The notes under the pieces: model-generated
Databases searched by the model: none
Told to the model about the DNA's origin: nothing
What the model saw: only the letters and a program-made list of their open reading frames with translations
NCBI GenBank assembly: GCA_025201805.1
Contig: MU619305.1
Span: 3,839-67,838, forward strand
DNA: 64,000 nt
Reading direction: 5' to 3'
From: Parasitella parasitica NRRL 2501
Lineage: Eukaryota > Fungi > Mucoromycota
Part shown: piece after piece, positions 1-11,853 of the stretch
How positions within the stretch are numbered: position 1 is the first letter of the stretch
How the letters are laid out: every line of letters begins with the position of its first letter
Program-made: the position numbers and the translations under genes

Positions 1-167
1 TTAATATTATAATCCTTCCATTGTAGCTATGTTAGATATCACGTTTGTAGCCTTTATATGGATACAACAAATGTGAATCATCCATTGGTAATTTTGGCTT
101 TGCAATCTAGACTAAGTCGGGCCCAAATAGATAGTTTCTTATATAACAAGTTCTATCGATTACTTCT

Positions 168-647
168 ATTTGTTATGTCAAAAGTCTGATAAAATAAATC
201 TGCCAAAGAATTACACCTTTATTCATAATACATCTCTCGATGTATTATATACACATTCATTACACTAGGGTTCTACTGTCTAGCTGCATAATGTAAATCA
301 TGACTACCCATGATTTACTGTAAGACCCTGGGACCGATCTGAGACCCTGATGTGAGGCCTTGCCATGTTATTGATATAACACTATTTACTATATGATAGA
401 ATATGCGGTGAAATTTAACCTTGGATCCTGTTGTATCAATAACATGGCAAGGCCTCACATCAGGGTCTCAGATCGGTCCCAGGGTCTTACAGTAAATCAT
501 GGGTAAGGTAATCATGATTTACATTATACGGTTAGACAGTACAACCCTACTTTAATAAATGTGTAACTAGTACGTCGAGAGATGTATTAAGAGTAAAAGT
601 GTAATCCTTTGGTAGATTTATTTTATTAGACTTTTGACATAACAGAT
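168..647. repeat. Long inverted repeat (foldback): arms ~168-381 and ~429-647, 47-bp loop
   Basis: tgttatgtcaaaagtc (171) pairs with gacttttgacataaca (ends 644). The inner ~75 bp (tacccatgatttactg...tgccatgttattgatataaca) are nearly perfectly complementary to 429-505; the outer arms are more diverged. Confidence 0.95.
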
Positions 648-1676
648 CCGATAAGGGACGGTTGCCATGACAACTGAATTGAAACAATATGGTAATCATG
701 GTTATTCTAAGGATACACAACACTTATATATGCAAGACATTCCACGATTAATTCTATTTTTTATAAAACAACCGGCGATATTTAATCTTGGATTCGATCA
801 GGAACGGTTGCCATAATAACTGAGCGGTAACCACGGAATTCTATGGAAACAACATCTGCTTAAAAACACAAAAATTTCATCTATTTTGGAGACTGGCAGC
901 CTCGCAGAGCGAGATGAACCCTGTCGATTTTTACCATAGCGTAGTGAAGGTGGAAACATTACCAGAGTGGCCAGAGTGGGGGGAAGAGGGGTGGCCAACT
1001 TGTATCTTATAAGAGGAAATAGTATTCTATAGGACCTTAACTTTCCTAAGCGCAAATTATTTGCTATGAGCCACTACTACTACTACTACTACAAAATTCC
1101 TATTAAGTGATCTTCTTTTGCAACACCTTGATATTTTACAAAACTTTTCTTGATAATATGGATAAAGTGACAATTGAAATAATTTTAAGAACTTCTGAGT
1201 CTTTAATTGAGAAAACTTTTTAGCCTTACTCCAAAAGTGTAAAATGATCGCAGTATTTTAACAACATGCGTATATTGTGCAAAGCAAGCCCCGGCTGTAA
1301 TGGTTGATTTATCTTTCACTTTGAAGATATAAAAGTATATAATCCATTTTTAAGCTTTTATAGTTTATAAAAAGAGAAGTGTAAGAGATTACATCCTATA
1401 TTCCATCCAACCTAGTTCGTTAGATAGAACTAAAAAAGACGCTGTCAAAAGCCTCGGTCACAAAGCTAATTAATTTATCTGCCTCACTTTTTCATATAAA
1501 AACGAGATTGCTCGGACACCTTACGCTATAGCGATTTAAATATATAGCACGCGTTAAATATAGTTAATATTTTTTTTTTGGGTAAAAACGATGTGATTGG
1601 AATTGATCTAGTTATTTAGGCCCCCCCTTTTTTTAGTCAAGAGTAGCTATAAACTTGGTTTTCCTTCTTTTCTGAA

Positions 1677-4220
1677 ATGAACAACAAAAACATGGAAAAA
1701 GATCCCATTGAAATATTCAAATTATTCGACCGGTGGGCTGAATCGCTTCCCAAAAACGGCCAAGAGCTATATAGTGGAGGATCTCTAAGCAGAATTGAAA
1801 GTCAAATAAAACAGCAATGCTTAAATATGGAAACTCAAGGGCTAGGAGACAACAGCATCGTCTCTGATACAACTACAGAAACCACCACAGTTGTCAAACA
1901 AGAAATGGTAAACAACGCAAAAAAAGCAGAATTGAAGCCCAATTTTTTGTTTGAATTAAAAGGCGATAACACCAACGCAAGCACAAAGGAGAACATATCA
2001 CCTTTTGAATGTGTATATGACTTTTGTCTTGCTTTAGAAAAGTTTTGCAAATCTAAATCAACACCTGAAAATGAACTGGATATAGACAAGGATTGGAAAA
2101 AACTACTATTTACCTGTAGCTCGCATAATTCCGAAAGAATCATGTGGATCCATCTTACATTTCAGACCTCAAACAAACTAAAACTCGCTTGGAAGCAAGT
2201 TGTTAGAAGACTTATGGCGAACTTTGATGACCCGAAAAGAAGTTTATCACTTGAACTGACATTGTCTAAATTCAAGTTTTTACCTGAAGTCGAGTCGATT
2301 TATACAGCCAATTCAGAGTTCGCAAGATATGCCGACGAATTAGGGGATGACTCAAAGAGAGTAGTAGACATGTACATGAATGGAATGCCTCCTATCATCA
2401 AATATGTTCTCCAATCGACAATAGATTATGATGAAGCAACGCAATTTAGATATTCTTTGTTAGATGTGCAACAAAGGGCTGCAGTCTTCTTGACAGCAAA
2501 TGAGGGCGATTTGATTTTTTATTCAAAAAGTGCACATTTGGCTATATCTTTGGAATACGAGAAGATTGACACCAAAAATTGTGAATTTCATTTGCTTGCT
2601 GACCACTCAACCATCGAATGCCCCGATTACAATGTATTGAAATTTCCTTACATGGATTTCACGCCTTTGAAATTCGATCCTATATCAACTATTATAGCTA
2701 CACCAAGCTTTCTACCTATGGAAGATATAATGTCAAACGCAGATACTCAATCAAATCAAATACCTGTGCAAGCGGTGTCAGCACCAAAAGAGGTGCATAA
2801 ATTAGCTGATTTAGGACAAATGGATGGCTCAGTCATCCCACAAGAAAACTCCTCATTAACTACTTCTATCGCTAGTAAAGAACAGGTAAGAGATCGAGTG
2901 GTTCAACAGGACTCTTTAGTATCAGCAGCTTCTGCTACTGTAGGTCATCATCATGATCAGGTTTTCCAGCGAGAACATCCTACACAAGCTAATACCGCCA
3001 CAATACTATCTAATCCTCAAGCGAGCAATACTGTATTAATGAATGATTTAGCAGAGACGCAAAACGATTGCCAGACAGAGGCTACGCATCTAGTTGTAAA
3101 ACAAGATGATCGCCAAATAAAGGCTATACACCAAGCAGAGAAAGAAAGGAATCTTCAATTAGAGGCCACAAATCAGCCCGAACTTGACACAGCTTCTAAA
3201 TCGGAAATGCCAAATCATTTTGAACCAAATAGTAATGCTCAGAATTTGACAACGGAAATGCCCCCAGACCAAACGGAAGTAGCCAAGCCAATGACACCCT
3301 CGCAAGAACTAGTTAACAACACTACTAACGCATTTACAACTGCTTTTTACTCTGTTTCCCCACAAAAATCAACAGAGTCTGTCTCCACTTCGAAAATCGC
3401 TGATGAATTACAACAGCCCTCAATCAGCAATTCACTACCCACAGAGAAAAAACAATTTTCAGGGATATTTATCAAGTCTGCTTTGGAAGGGGCAAAGGAT
3501 TTTCTAGAAACTGTTAAAAACTCTCCTCTAGATAACCATCACTTGCATTTACAGCCAAAGAGTACGCATGTTATGGCTGCATCTGCACAAAAAAAGCTTA
3601 TTGTAGGTACGACACCCAGACCAAAAGCTGTTAAAATAAGTGTACCTCCAAAGATGAGTCAAATAACTACACAGCCAATGGCTACACACCGTGCATTGGT
3701 ATCGCCACAAACAATAAGTAAACCGAAACATGAACCATCGTCATATACTCGAAGATCAAGGTCTCGTTCCAATTCACCATCTGGTAGATCTTTTAGACAA
3801 AATGGATTCTCTTCAAGGTCAAGATCTCGATCCAGTTCTCTAGACCGGAACTATCATTACTTGCAAAGCCATCCTCAACGTCGCCATCCTCAATCAAGCA
3901 ATAGTCCGTCTCTTAGAGCAAAATCACCAGAGAGAGGTTGCTATATCCATGGATTAGGTGCTAACCATTCAACCAAGAATTGTCGTCAAGCACAATTGGT
4001 CATTCATCCTCGTAATTTGTATCTTGACCCCCAAAATTCATTACCACCGACTCCAACCACTCCGACAATGCCAACAGCGCCAGAGGGGCGAATGAGTAAA
4101 AGATGGTTAAGGCCTGATGGAGGACCTAATTTATGCATATTTTGTGGACTCATTTTTAGACCTGGCCATCTTGCGTTTTGCACCAAAGTATCGCCAAAGA
4201 AAAAGCCTAAAAGGCGTTAA
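1677..4220 (+). CDS. Intronless 847-aa retrotransposon Gag-like protein with three Cys/His knuckle-like motifs; no pol
   Basis: Uninterrupted ORF. LAWKQVVRRLMANFDDP resembles the Ty3/gypsy capsid W...F motif. Knuckle-like motifs: CEFHLLADHSTIEC, CYIHGLGANHSTKNC, CIFCGLIFRPGHLAFC. SR-rich tract and C-terminal KKKPKRR. Confidence 0.7.
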   Translation: MNNKNMEKDPIEIFKLFDRWAESLPKNGQELYSGGSLSRIESQIKQQCLNMETQGLGDNSIVSDTTTETTTVVKQEMVNNAKKAELKPNFLFELKGDNTNASTKENISPFECVYDFCLALEKFCKSKSTPENELDIDKDWKKLLFTCSSHNSERIMWIHLTFQTSNKLKLAWKQVVRRLMANFDDPKRSLSLELTLSKFKFLPEVESIYTANSEFARYADELGDDSKRVVDMYMNGMPPIIKYVLQSTIDYDEATQFRYSLLDVQQRAAVFLTANEGDLIFYSKSAHLAISLEYEKIDTKNCEFHLLADHSTIECPDYNVLKFPYMDFTPLKFDPISTIIATPSFLPMEDIMSNADTQSNQIPVQAVSAPKEVHKLADLGQMDGSVIPQENSSLTTSIASKEQVRDRVVQQDSLVSAASATVGHHHDQVFQREHPTQANTATILSNPQASNTVLMNDLAETQNDCQTEATHLVVKQDDRQIKAIHQAEKERNLQLEATNQPELDTASKSEMPNHFEPNSNAQNLTTEMPPDQTEVAKPMTPSQELVNNTTNAFTTAFYSVSPQKSTESVSTSKIADELQQPSISNSLPTEKKQFSGIFIKSALEGAKDFLETVKNSPLDNHHLHLQPKSTHVMAASAQKKLIVGTTPRPKAVKISVPPKMSQITTQPMATHRALVSPQTISKPKHEPSSYTRRSRSRSNSPSGRSFRQNGFSSRSRSRSSSLDRNYHYLQSHPQRRHPQSSNSPSLRAKSPERGCYIHGLGANHSTKNCRQAQLVIHPRNLYLDPQNSLPPTPTTPTMPTAPEGRMSKRWLRPDGGPNLCIFCGLIFRPGHLAFCTKVSPKKKPKRR

Positions 4221-4616
4221 ATATTTTGTGTATTGTAGGCATTTGCTTAATACTTGAATTCTTCTAATAAATACTTGGTGTTGTTATATTTCTTTGAAAA
4301 GAGTTTTTCATGAGTATTATTGATTAAGCCAAGAATTTTATTTTTTCATCTTGAATAATCTGATAAATATATAAAGTAGAATATGATCTCTTGAAAAATT
4401 TTATGGCTCAAACAGCTTATGTATACATTGTTAAATGTTATGGCTTGTACCACATTTACACTAATCACAAGCAAGCTATCGATTCTGTAGATTTTCCAGT
4501 CAAAAGTAAAATGAGAATCTCAAGAGTGTGCACATTGATTATAAAAACAACATTTAATTACTCGATGAGGACGGGGTCTAGTATGAAAAAACCTTTAAAA
4601 ATAGTATTATACAATT

Positions 4617-5537
4617 CTATTCAATAAGTGGATTGTAAATAGCATAAAATGAAACCCAAAAAGCCGTGAAATCCCTTTGCTCATCATCTTCCTCTGGTAT
4701 TCTTAGCTCTGTCTCTGTTCTAATATCCGTAAAGCCTTCTGTCACCAACATTTGTTTGAATTGATCCTCGGATACATAATATTTCATTGATTTAGTTGCT
4801 TGCCGATAATATTGCGTTGATCTGTCCGCACAAACATGCCCACCAGCCAGGATGCCGCCAGGCTTCAAAAGCCATGTTGCTTTGTGAATGAAACGTTTGA
4901 TTTGATCAAGATCAAATAAATGCAGTACACTGCCAGCGTGCACAATCGAAATGGTGTTACATAGAACATGTGTCTTTTCAAATGTAAACAAATCGTCTAC
5001 GATGAATTTAATTGGACATGTCTTTGAGTTATCTTTGAATAGCTCGTATCCACAATTAATATAACACTGCTCAATATCCATCCCAATAAGATAATCTTTT
5101 GGGTATCCATCTAAAATCAGTTTTCTTAAATCTGTTCCTACGACAGTTGAAAATGGTCATCAGGGTCTACATACCTGTTGATGGGATTTCTCTTACTAAC
5201 CTGTGCAACATCCGATGTCTAGAAAATAAGGCTTTTCGCCTTGTAAATCTAGTGTCTGTCCAAGTTTTATCAGATCCATGTAGAAAAAGCGTTCATGAAT
5301 CCTCGAGAATAAAAACTTGAATCTTTGTATACACCGATAGTTGATTCTCCCCTGCTAGTTAGCATTCATCAAATCAGTGTCTTTGAATGTGTTATGCGGT
5401 TGTGTTAGTCATACTTTGGCTAACTTTTGTTGTATTGATATCAGATGGTTTCCTATCTCTTTGCCATCATATATGCCGGTATATTCTCGATAGAATTGAA
5501 TCACTTGCTTGCTAAACAAAGCAGGATCTTCTGTCAT
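4617..5537 (-). CDS. Class I SAM-dependent methyltransferase (3 exons)
   Basis: Spliced product MTEDPALF...YRCIQRFKF...YFLDIGCCTG|TDLRKLILDGYP...GMDIE...VHAGSVLHLF...LLKPGGILAG. Motif I LDIGC; GT-AG introns at ~5414-5355 and ~5200-5138. Confidence 0.85.
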
Positions 5538-6000
5538 CCTAAAGAATTGGGGCAAAAAGAAGAAATGAGAAGTTAACAATCGTTTTCCCATCACTAGCCT
5601 GAAGTCACGTTAACTACCACATTATTATCATCTCACTTGATAAATTACAAATTTTGGCAATAGCCCTGGGTTTGGCATGCTTGAAAGTCAGTTGACAAAT
5701 GTGTCAGACATGGAGTGTTTTATCAAACTTGAATAAAAGCTTGAGAATACGTCAAATTAATTGTTTAATCATAGTCTCAATGCGTCGTGATTCATTCTAT
5801 TCAAACATTATCAGACAGGCGACTGGTTTCATAAATCAATGTTAAGACATGAAATCAATAAATGGCTAGTCTCCTATTCATGAAAGTAAAGCCATCTGCA
5901 TATAACACATTTATGATAAATCATCGAAAAATGCATTTATAAAGAAAGATATCAATAATTGAAAGCTTTATTTTTTCAATCTTTTTTCAAATAAATTGCA

Positions 6001-7020
6001 ATGGCAAAACAAAAGCGCAGGATTACATCCAGCAAGGCGCCCCAAAAAACAGTATTCTCAACTTATATTCAATCAGCAGAAAGTGAGTCTACTTCGGAAA
6101 CCCCTCAATCATCTGCTACTGATGATGGCAAGGATGAATCAAGCTCCCCTGGATCTGCGAATGAAGATGAAAACGACGAAAGTACTGGTGAACAAAGCAA
6201 TACAACATCTTCATCCGACGGATTTGGCCGTATTCCGATTCGCTCTCGAATAAGATTTTCCCTTGAAGAGAAAGAGGTACTGGAGCGTGCCTTCAAGAAA
6301 AGTAAGCGCCCAACCAACGAAGTAAAACAACGTCTTGCTCAGGACATGGACACCAATGTGTCTCGCATACAAATTTGGTTCCAGAATCGAAGAGCCAAGG
6401 AGAAAAAGACGAGTAAAAGCTCTAGCAATCACCAAGTTGGGCAAGGCAGCGGTAGCAATGGCTCGTTATCTCCTGAAAGCGTGGATTCTAACACCACAGC
6501 AGCTGCAATAAAAGACAGAAAGCCCCACAAAATAACTGAATCATCTCCTCGCGAGAATTCTTCCATTGGTAGAAAACGAAAAAAACAAGAGCAATCGGCA
6601 ACCGCTGGAGCTCTTCCTCATCAATTTTTGCCCTCAGAGAGTTATGCTACCCCTTATCCAAATTTCCCTCATACTTTCCAACCTTTTGATTCATCTAGTG
6701 CAGCTAATACACAGATACCCGGTGGAAATTTATTCTACTCATTGCCAGCTCGAAGGGTATATATTTCAGACTATGATTGGCATGTTTGCCACCAACCATT
6801 TCCGCAGCAATTGCAGAAATCTTTTGCCAACGATAAATCTGTTAAATATGTTGATCCAAAAAAGGTTGTGAACCCTGAGTCATTTAAGACAGATAACAGC
6901 AGCAGCAGCAGCCAAAGTGACGCATTCCAAAGCCGAAAAGGGAAGATCAAGGAAAAAGCTATTGCGAACGAAGTAAATGCTGAGCAAGATGAAGACATAA
7001 ACGACGATAGGGACTTGTAG
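6001..7020 (+). CDS. Homeodomain transcription factor
   Basis: RSRIRFSLEEKEVLERAF...RIQIWFQNRRAKEKK homeodomain signature. Confidence 0.92.
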   Translation: MAKQKRRITSSKAPQKTVFSTYIQSAESESTSETPQSSATDDGKDESSSPGSANEDENDESTGEQSNTTSSSDGFGRIPIRSRIRFSLEEKEVLERAFKKSKRPTNEVKQRLAQDMDTNVSRIQIWFQNRRAKEKKTSKSSSNHQVGQGSGSNGSLSPESVDSNTTAAAIKDRKPHKITESSPRENSSIGRKRKKQEQSATAGALPHQFLPSESYATPYPNFPHTFQPFDSSSAANTQIPGGNLFYSLPARRVYISDYDWHVCHQPFPQQLQKSFANDKSVKYVDPKKVVNPESFKTDNSSSSSQSDAFQSRKGKIKEKAIANEVNAEQDEDINDDRDL

Positions 7021-7447
7021 TTCTCTCAAAACTGAAGGGAGTGTTCTTTTTCTCTCTAAAGAATTTATTTAACATTGACTGTATACTAATAGCTTGATTT
7101 AAGCTGCTCATCTTAATGTATTTCTATGTCATTTTGCTTGTAGTTGTTTCTTATCCTACAGTCCGGGCTTACAGGATTTAAACATATCTTCTACATTTTC
7201 TCACAAAAGTTTGCAAAGATAGTCTTTTTAGCTTCTCTAATGTATCCCATCCCACTGCTGACCCCTTACTTTGCATGAATTCTTTCAATAAACTACCGTT
7301 TTTACCATTCATTTGATACAGACTTTTCAAAAATGAGTCAGATTGACCACTGCCAATACAATCTCCGTGCCTTTTTGACCTCATCTACGCCAGTTTTTTC
7401 TTTTTGGCTCTTTCTTCTTCTACAGCTTCAAACAAAATCATTGAAAC

Positions 7448-9793
7448 ATGACAACCCTGCTTATCGACAATTACGACAGTTTCACTTACAACGTATACCA
7501 GTACCTGTGTTCGCAAGGTGCTGATGTCGTAGTCCATCGCAATGATAAAATCACCATTGATGAAATTGAGAAACTTGCACCTCGCAACATTGTTATTTCG
7601 CCAGGGCCTGGTCATCCTGCCATCGATGCTGGTGTTTCCCGCGATGCCATTGCTAATTTTGCCGGTAAAATTCCTATTCTTGGTATCTGTATGGGTTTGC
7701 AATGTATGTTTGAAGTCTATGGTGGCACTGTGTCTTATGCTGGCGACATCCTACATGGAAAAGCATCTCCAATCAAGCACGATAGTCGTGGTGTCTTTAA
7801 GGGCATCCCTCAAAACAACATGGTCACTCGTTATCACTCCTTGGCCGGTATGCCATCAACTATTCCAGATACTCTTGAAGTCACTTCTACCACAGATGAT
7901 GGTGTTATTATGGGCGTTCGTCACAAAGAGTACACTGTTGAAGGTGTTCAGTTTCATCCCGAGAGTATCTTGTGCGAAAATGGACATACCATGATTCAAA
8001 ATTTCTTAAAATTGAATGGTGGTACTTGGGAGGAGAACCCTGGGGCTGGTGTATTGCCAGACAAGTTGAGATCTTCCTCTCAAGGTAACGAAGCATCCAA
8101 AAAGATGCCTGCTGCTACTACTGCAATTCCTACCCTTGAAACTACGTCTACTGCTGCTAATACAGGCATAATTTCCAACAGCGGTGTACCTTCTATTTTA
8201 ACTCGTATCTATGCTCAACGTATCAAGGATGTGGAGATTGCCCGAGAAATTCCTGGCCAAAGCATGCTGGATTTGGAAAAGTTGCTGCAATTGCATGTCG
8301 CTCCTCCCCTTCAAGATGTTGTTGCTCGTTTAAATCAACGAAAGCCTGCTCTTTTAGCTGAAGTTAAGCGTGCTTCTCCTTCCAAAGGTAATATTGATGC
8401 CACTGCTAATGCTGCAGAGCAAGCTCTTCAATATGCTTTAGCTGGTGCTAGTGTTGTATCAGTTTTAACGGAACCCAAATGGTTCCGTGGAACAATCCAT
8501 GACATGCGCCAGGTACGTGAGGCTATCACACATTTGCCTAATCGTCCCTGTATCTTGAGGAAGGATTTTATTGTCGACCGTTACCAAATTTTAGAAGGTC
8601 GAGTCTACGGTGCCGATACAGTTTTGTTGATTGTAGCTATGCTGAATGACGAAAAGCTGCACGATTTATATAACTATTCCAAGTCTCTTGGTATGGAACC
8701 CTTAGTCGAAGTGAATAATGCAGAAGAAATGGCTCGTGCTAACGCTCTTGGTGCCAAGGTTATTGGTGTTAACAATCGCAATTTACATAGCTTTGATGTT
8801 GATATGGAAACCACATCTAGATTAGCTGAAATGGTGCCTAAAGGAACTATTTTGTGTGCTCTCTCCGGCATTACTGGCAAAGCAGATGTTGATATGTATG
8901 TAAAGCAAGGTGTCAGTGGTGTTCTTGTCGGTGAAGCTTTGATGCGTGCCTGGAATTTGAAAGAATTTGTAGCTGATTTACTTGGGCTTGAGAAGAAGGA
9001 TCCTATCGTGAAGGATAACGAGCCCAAGCAATCTCTTGTGAAAGTATGTGGCATTTCATCTGTAGAAGCAGCCAAAGAAGCAGCCAATGCCGGTGCGGAT
9101 TTGATTGGGCTCATTTTTGCTGAAAAATCTAAACGTAAAGTATCTGTTGAAACTGCTGCTGAAATTGTGAAGGCCATTCGCTCCACAGAACCTAGATCTG
9201 TGAAAACATCTTCCTGTACTACTCCCTCTTCCGATTGGTTTGAGATCCATCGTCGTTTATTAGAAAGCCGTAGTAAAAAACCTTTAGTTGTCGGTGTGTT
9301 TGTGAATCAATCTATAGAGTACATGTCACAAGTAACAGTGGAAGCTGGTTTGGATCTCATTCAATTGCATGGAACTGAACCTGTGGAATTAGCTCGCTAC
9401 TTACCTGTGCCCGTTATCAAGGCATTCCATATTGATAACGCTTCATTTAACCCTGCTCAGATCTCCAATTTGACACAACCTGAGGCCCATCAATATGTAT
9501 TATTAGACGCCAAAGTGTCTAGTTTGCCGTCTGATCAGCAAGGTGGCCAAGGTGTCAAGTTTGATTGGAGTATCGCAGAAAGTATCGTCAATCACAAGCA
9601 ATTTGAATTCTTGGGTAAAAAGGACTTTCCAGTGATTTTAGCCGGTGGACTTGATCCCACTAATGTTGCGGCAGCTATTAATCAAGTCAAACCTTGGATT
9701 GTCGATGTTTCATCAGGTGTTGAAACTGATGGTGTTAAAGATTTAGCAAAGATTTGTGCTTTTGTCAAAGCTGCTAAATCCGCTAATCATTAA
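7448..9793 (+). CDS. trpC: Trifunctional tryptophan biosynthesis protein (anthranilate synthase glutamine amidotransferase + IGP synthase + PRA isomerase)
   Basis: GATase motifs [27 protein letters not shown]; IGPS motifs [24 protein letters not shown]; PRAI motifs VKVCGI, QLHG, LAGGL, DVSSGVE. Confidence 0.97.
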   Translation: MTTLLIDNYDSFTYNVYQYLCSQGADVVVHRNDKITIDEIEKLAPRNIVISPGPGHPAIDAGVSRDAIANFAGKIPILGICMGLQCMFEVYGGTVSYAGDILHGKASPIKHDSRGVFKGIPQNNMVTRYHSLAGMPSTIPDTLEVTSTTDDGVIMGVRHKEYTVEGVQFHPESILCENGHTMIQNFLKLNGGTWEENPGAGVLPDKLRSSSQGNEASKKMPAATTAIPTLETTSTAANTGIISNSGVPSILTRIYAQRIKDVEIAREIPGQSMLDLEKLLQLHVAPPLQDVVARLNQRKPALLAEVKRASPSKGNIDATANAAEQALQYALAGASVVSVLTEPKWFRGTIHDMRQVREAITHLPNRPCILRKDFIVDRYQILEGRVYGADTVLLIVAMLNDEKLHDLYNYSKSLGMEPLVEVNNAEEMARANALGAKVIGVNNRNLHSFDVDMETTSRLAEMVPKGTILCALSGITGKADVDMYVKQGVSGVLVGEALMRAWNLKEFVADLLGLEKKDPIVKDNEPKQSLVKVCGISSVEAAKEAANAGADLIGLIFAEKSKRKVSVETAAEIVKAIRSTEPRSVKTSSCTTPSSDWFEIHRRLLESRSKKPLVVGVFVNQSIEYMSQVTVEAGLDLIQLHGTEPVELARYLPVPVIKAFHIDNASFNPAQISNLTQPEAHQYVLLDAKVSSLPSDQQGGQGVKFDWSIAESIVNHKQFEFLGKKDFPVILAGGLDPTNVAAAINQVKPWIVDVSSGVETDGVKDLAKICAFVKAAKSANH

Positions 9794-9870
9794 TTTCGAA
9801 TAAAAAAAGCATTGTTTTTATTTCTTAGTAAAAAAAATAAAATAATCTGGAAGTGTGTCTAAATTTGAAT

Positions 9871-10580
9871 TTATTTCTTTTCATCCTCTTCTTCAAGGGC
9901 GATAATATCATTCTTTACTAATAGATCCTCGAGATCACCAGATTGGTGCATATTTAATAAAATATCACAGCCACCAACAAACTCGCCCTTGACATAAACT
10001 TGAGGAATAGTAGGCCATTCAGAATATTCCTTGATAGATTCTCTTAATTCAGCGTCTTCCAATACATTGAACGCATTGACTTTAGTATCAAAGTCGACAC
10101 CCTGAACTTGCATGATTTGAACAGTAGCACGACTAAAACCACACTATAATAACAAAGCTCTTTAGCCCTATATCAATCTACAGCCAATTACTATACGTCT
10201 CATACCATGGGTGCATCGGGGGTACCCTTCATGAATAAGACAATATCATTTGATTTGATGTCCTGATGCCAAATTTATGATTTACTTTTTATCGTTTTGT
10301 ATTCAATTGCCCTTGGCACCTGTATACATACCTTATCCAAACGAGCCTTCATCTCGGTAGAGATCCAACGGGAAAACAAGGAACCGCTTGTTGGACGCAA
10401 GTTTACAATTGGGCGTAAGAAGGCAGACTATCAACATATCAAGATGTGAAATTAAAAATTTAATAGATGAGTAAAAAATTCATCAAACAATTTCATTTTA
10501 TAATAACACATCAATTCATCAACTAATTCAACACAAATGTCAAAACTTACAGTTCTGGTGGTAGCACGAAAGAAGCTCAT
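9871..10580 (-). CDS. GRX5: Mitochondrial monothiol glutaredoxin (CGFS type), spliced
   Basis: Exons give [10 protein letters not shown]...[11 protein letters not shown]|[11 protein letters not shown]...[22 protein letters not shown], with an Arg-rich presequence-like N-terminus. Confidence 0.92.
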
Positions 10581-11853
10581 AATATTGGTTTAATATAAGT
10601 GAGTTGTAGAGCGAAGAGAAAACAGAAGATTACACACCAGGGACATGAAATTATAGTGGGGGTTGCTTACTATTTCTGGTGACTGCGACGCTATCACAAT
10701 ACTGGTTTTAAGCGTTGATCTAGAGAAGGTGACAAGACAAAATGTTATATCTTGACGGTTAGCCTAATAAGAATTTTGTTCAAAAGATGGATTCCACACT
10801 TTAAAGCATTCTACTGCGACAAGATCACCACAGACACATATCGCCAAGATGTCCAAATGAGTTTTAAATCATGGTTCTCAACCATTCTTCTGTCTGTGCA
10901 AAGCAAAAATCACAATTTTATTAACGTCGATAGCATTATTGATAGAATAATGTACCTTTTATGACTTATTTGTGGCACAATATGTGAGTCATTTTTCATC
11001 CCCACTACTTGTTTATCTTTAAAATTATAGCTACTATTATTGACAAGAAATACTTAATGACACATGCTCGATCATCATGGACAGAGGTGTGGAGATTCAT
11101 GGGAAGACCAGCATGGCCGAGCACAATCAATCGATTAGACACAGTCGTTATATTTGCTAAATAAGTACTGTGAACCTTTTTTTTTTAAGCTTCCAAACGA
11201 GCTTGAAGATTAAATCACTAATCATAGTCGATCCACTAATTGAGTATGCCACATCTAATTCTTTCTTGCGCAAAACGAAGGTTAATTGTGAATAATAAAA
11301 TAGTGAGCGCCATTGTTGCTGTTTGTCAATCCATTACAAGCAGATTTTAATCATTTTTCTCTACGGTAAATATTTTATATATACCACTTAATGCCGCGAG
11401 TGCATCTCTGACTCCATGTAATCTCATAATAGCTATTTTAGTGATAAGATAGGCGAAAAAAGCCTGTAGGCAAATTAATTTTGTAAAACTGATACATGCA
11501 CTGCTACATCTTTTTCGTACTTTGTAACCGTAGCTCTGTTCAAACATGATGCTTTGCCAAATACATTTATATTAATTATAAAGCTGTGTGCATAGGTTTC
11601 AATGCGTTTATTACATTTATAAGATCTGTATATAGTGTATATATATGTATATTTATATAAAAAAAGGTTGTATACCCACATAAATCATAACATACACAAA
11701 CAAATGATGCATATAGAAATATATATTAGTGTGGCAACTGAACTAAGTTAACTGGGCATAAATGTATAGTATAAAAAAATTGGCTAATAAAAAATTGGGG
11801 TCATAAGTAACAAAAAAAAATGACTGGAATGGAGACAAGAATCAAACGTGTTT

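Noticed and set aside
961-1000. Purine-rich tract as an LTR polypurine tract
   Set aside because: It lies upstream of the Gag-like ORF, and no matching LTR pair was found.
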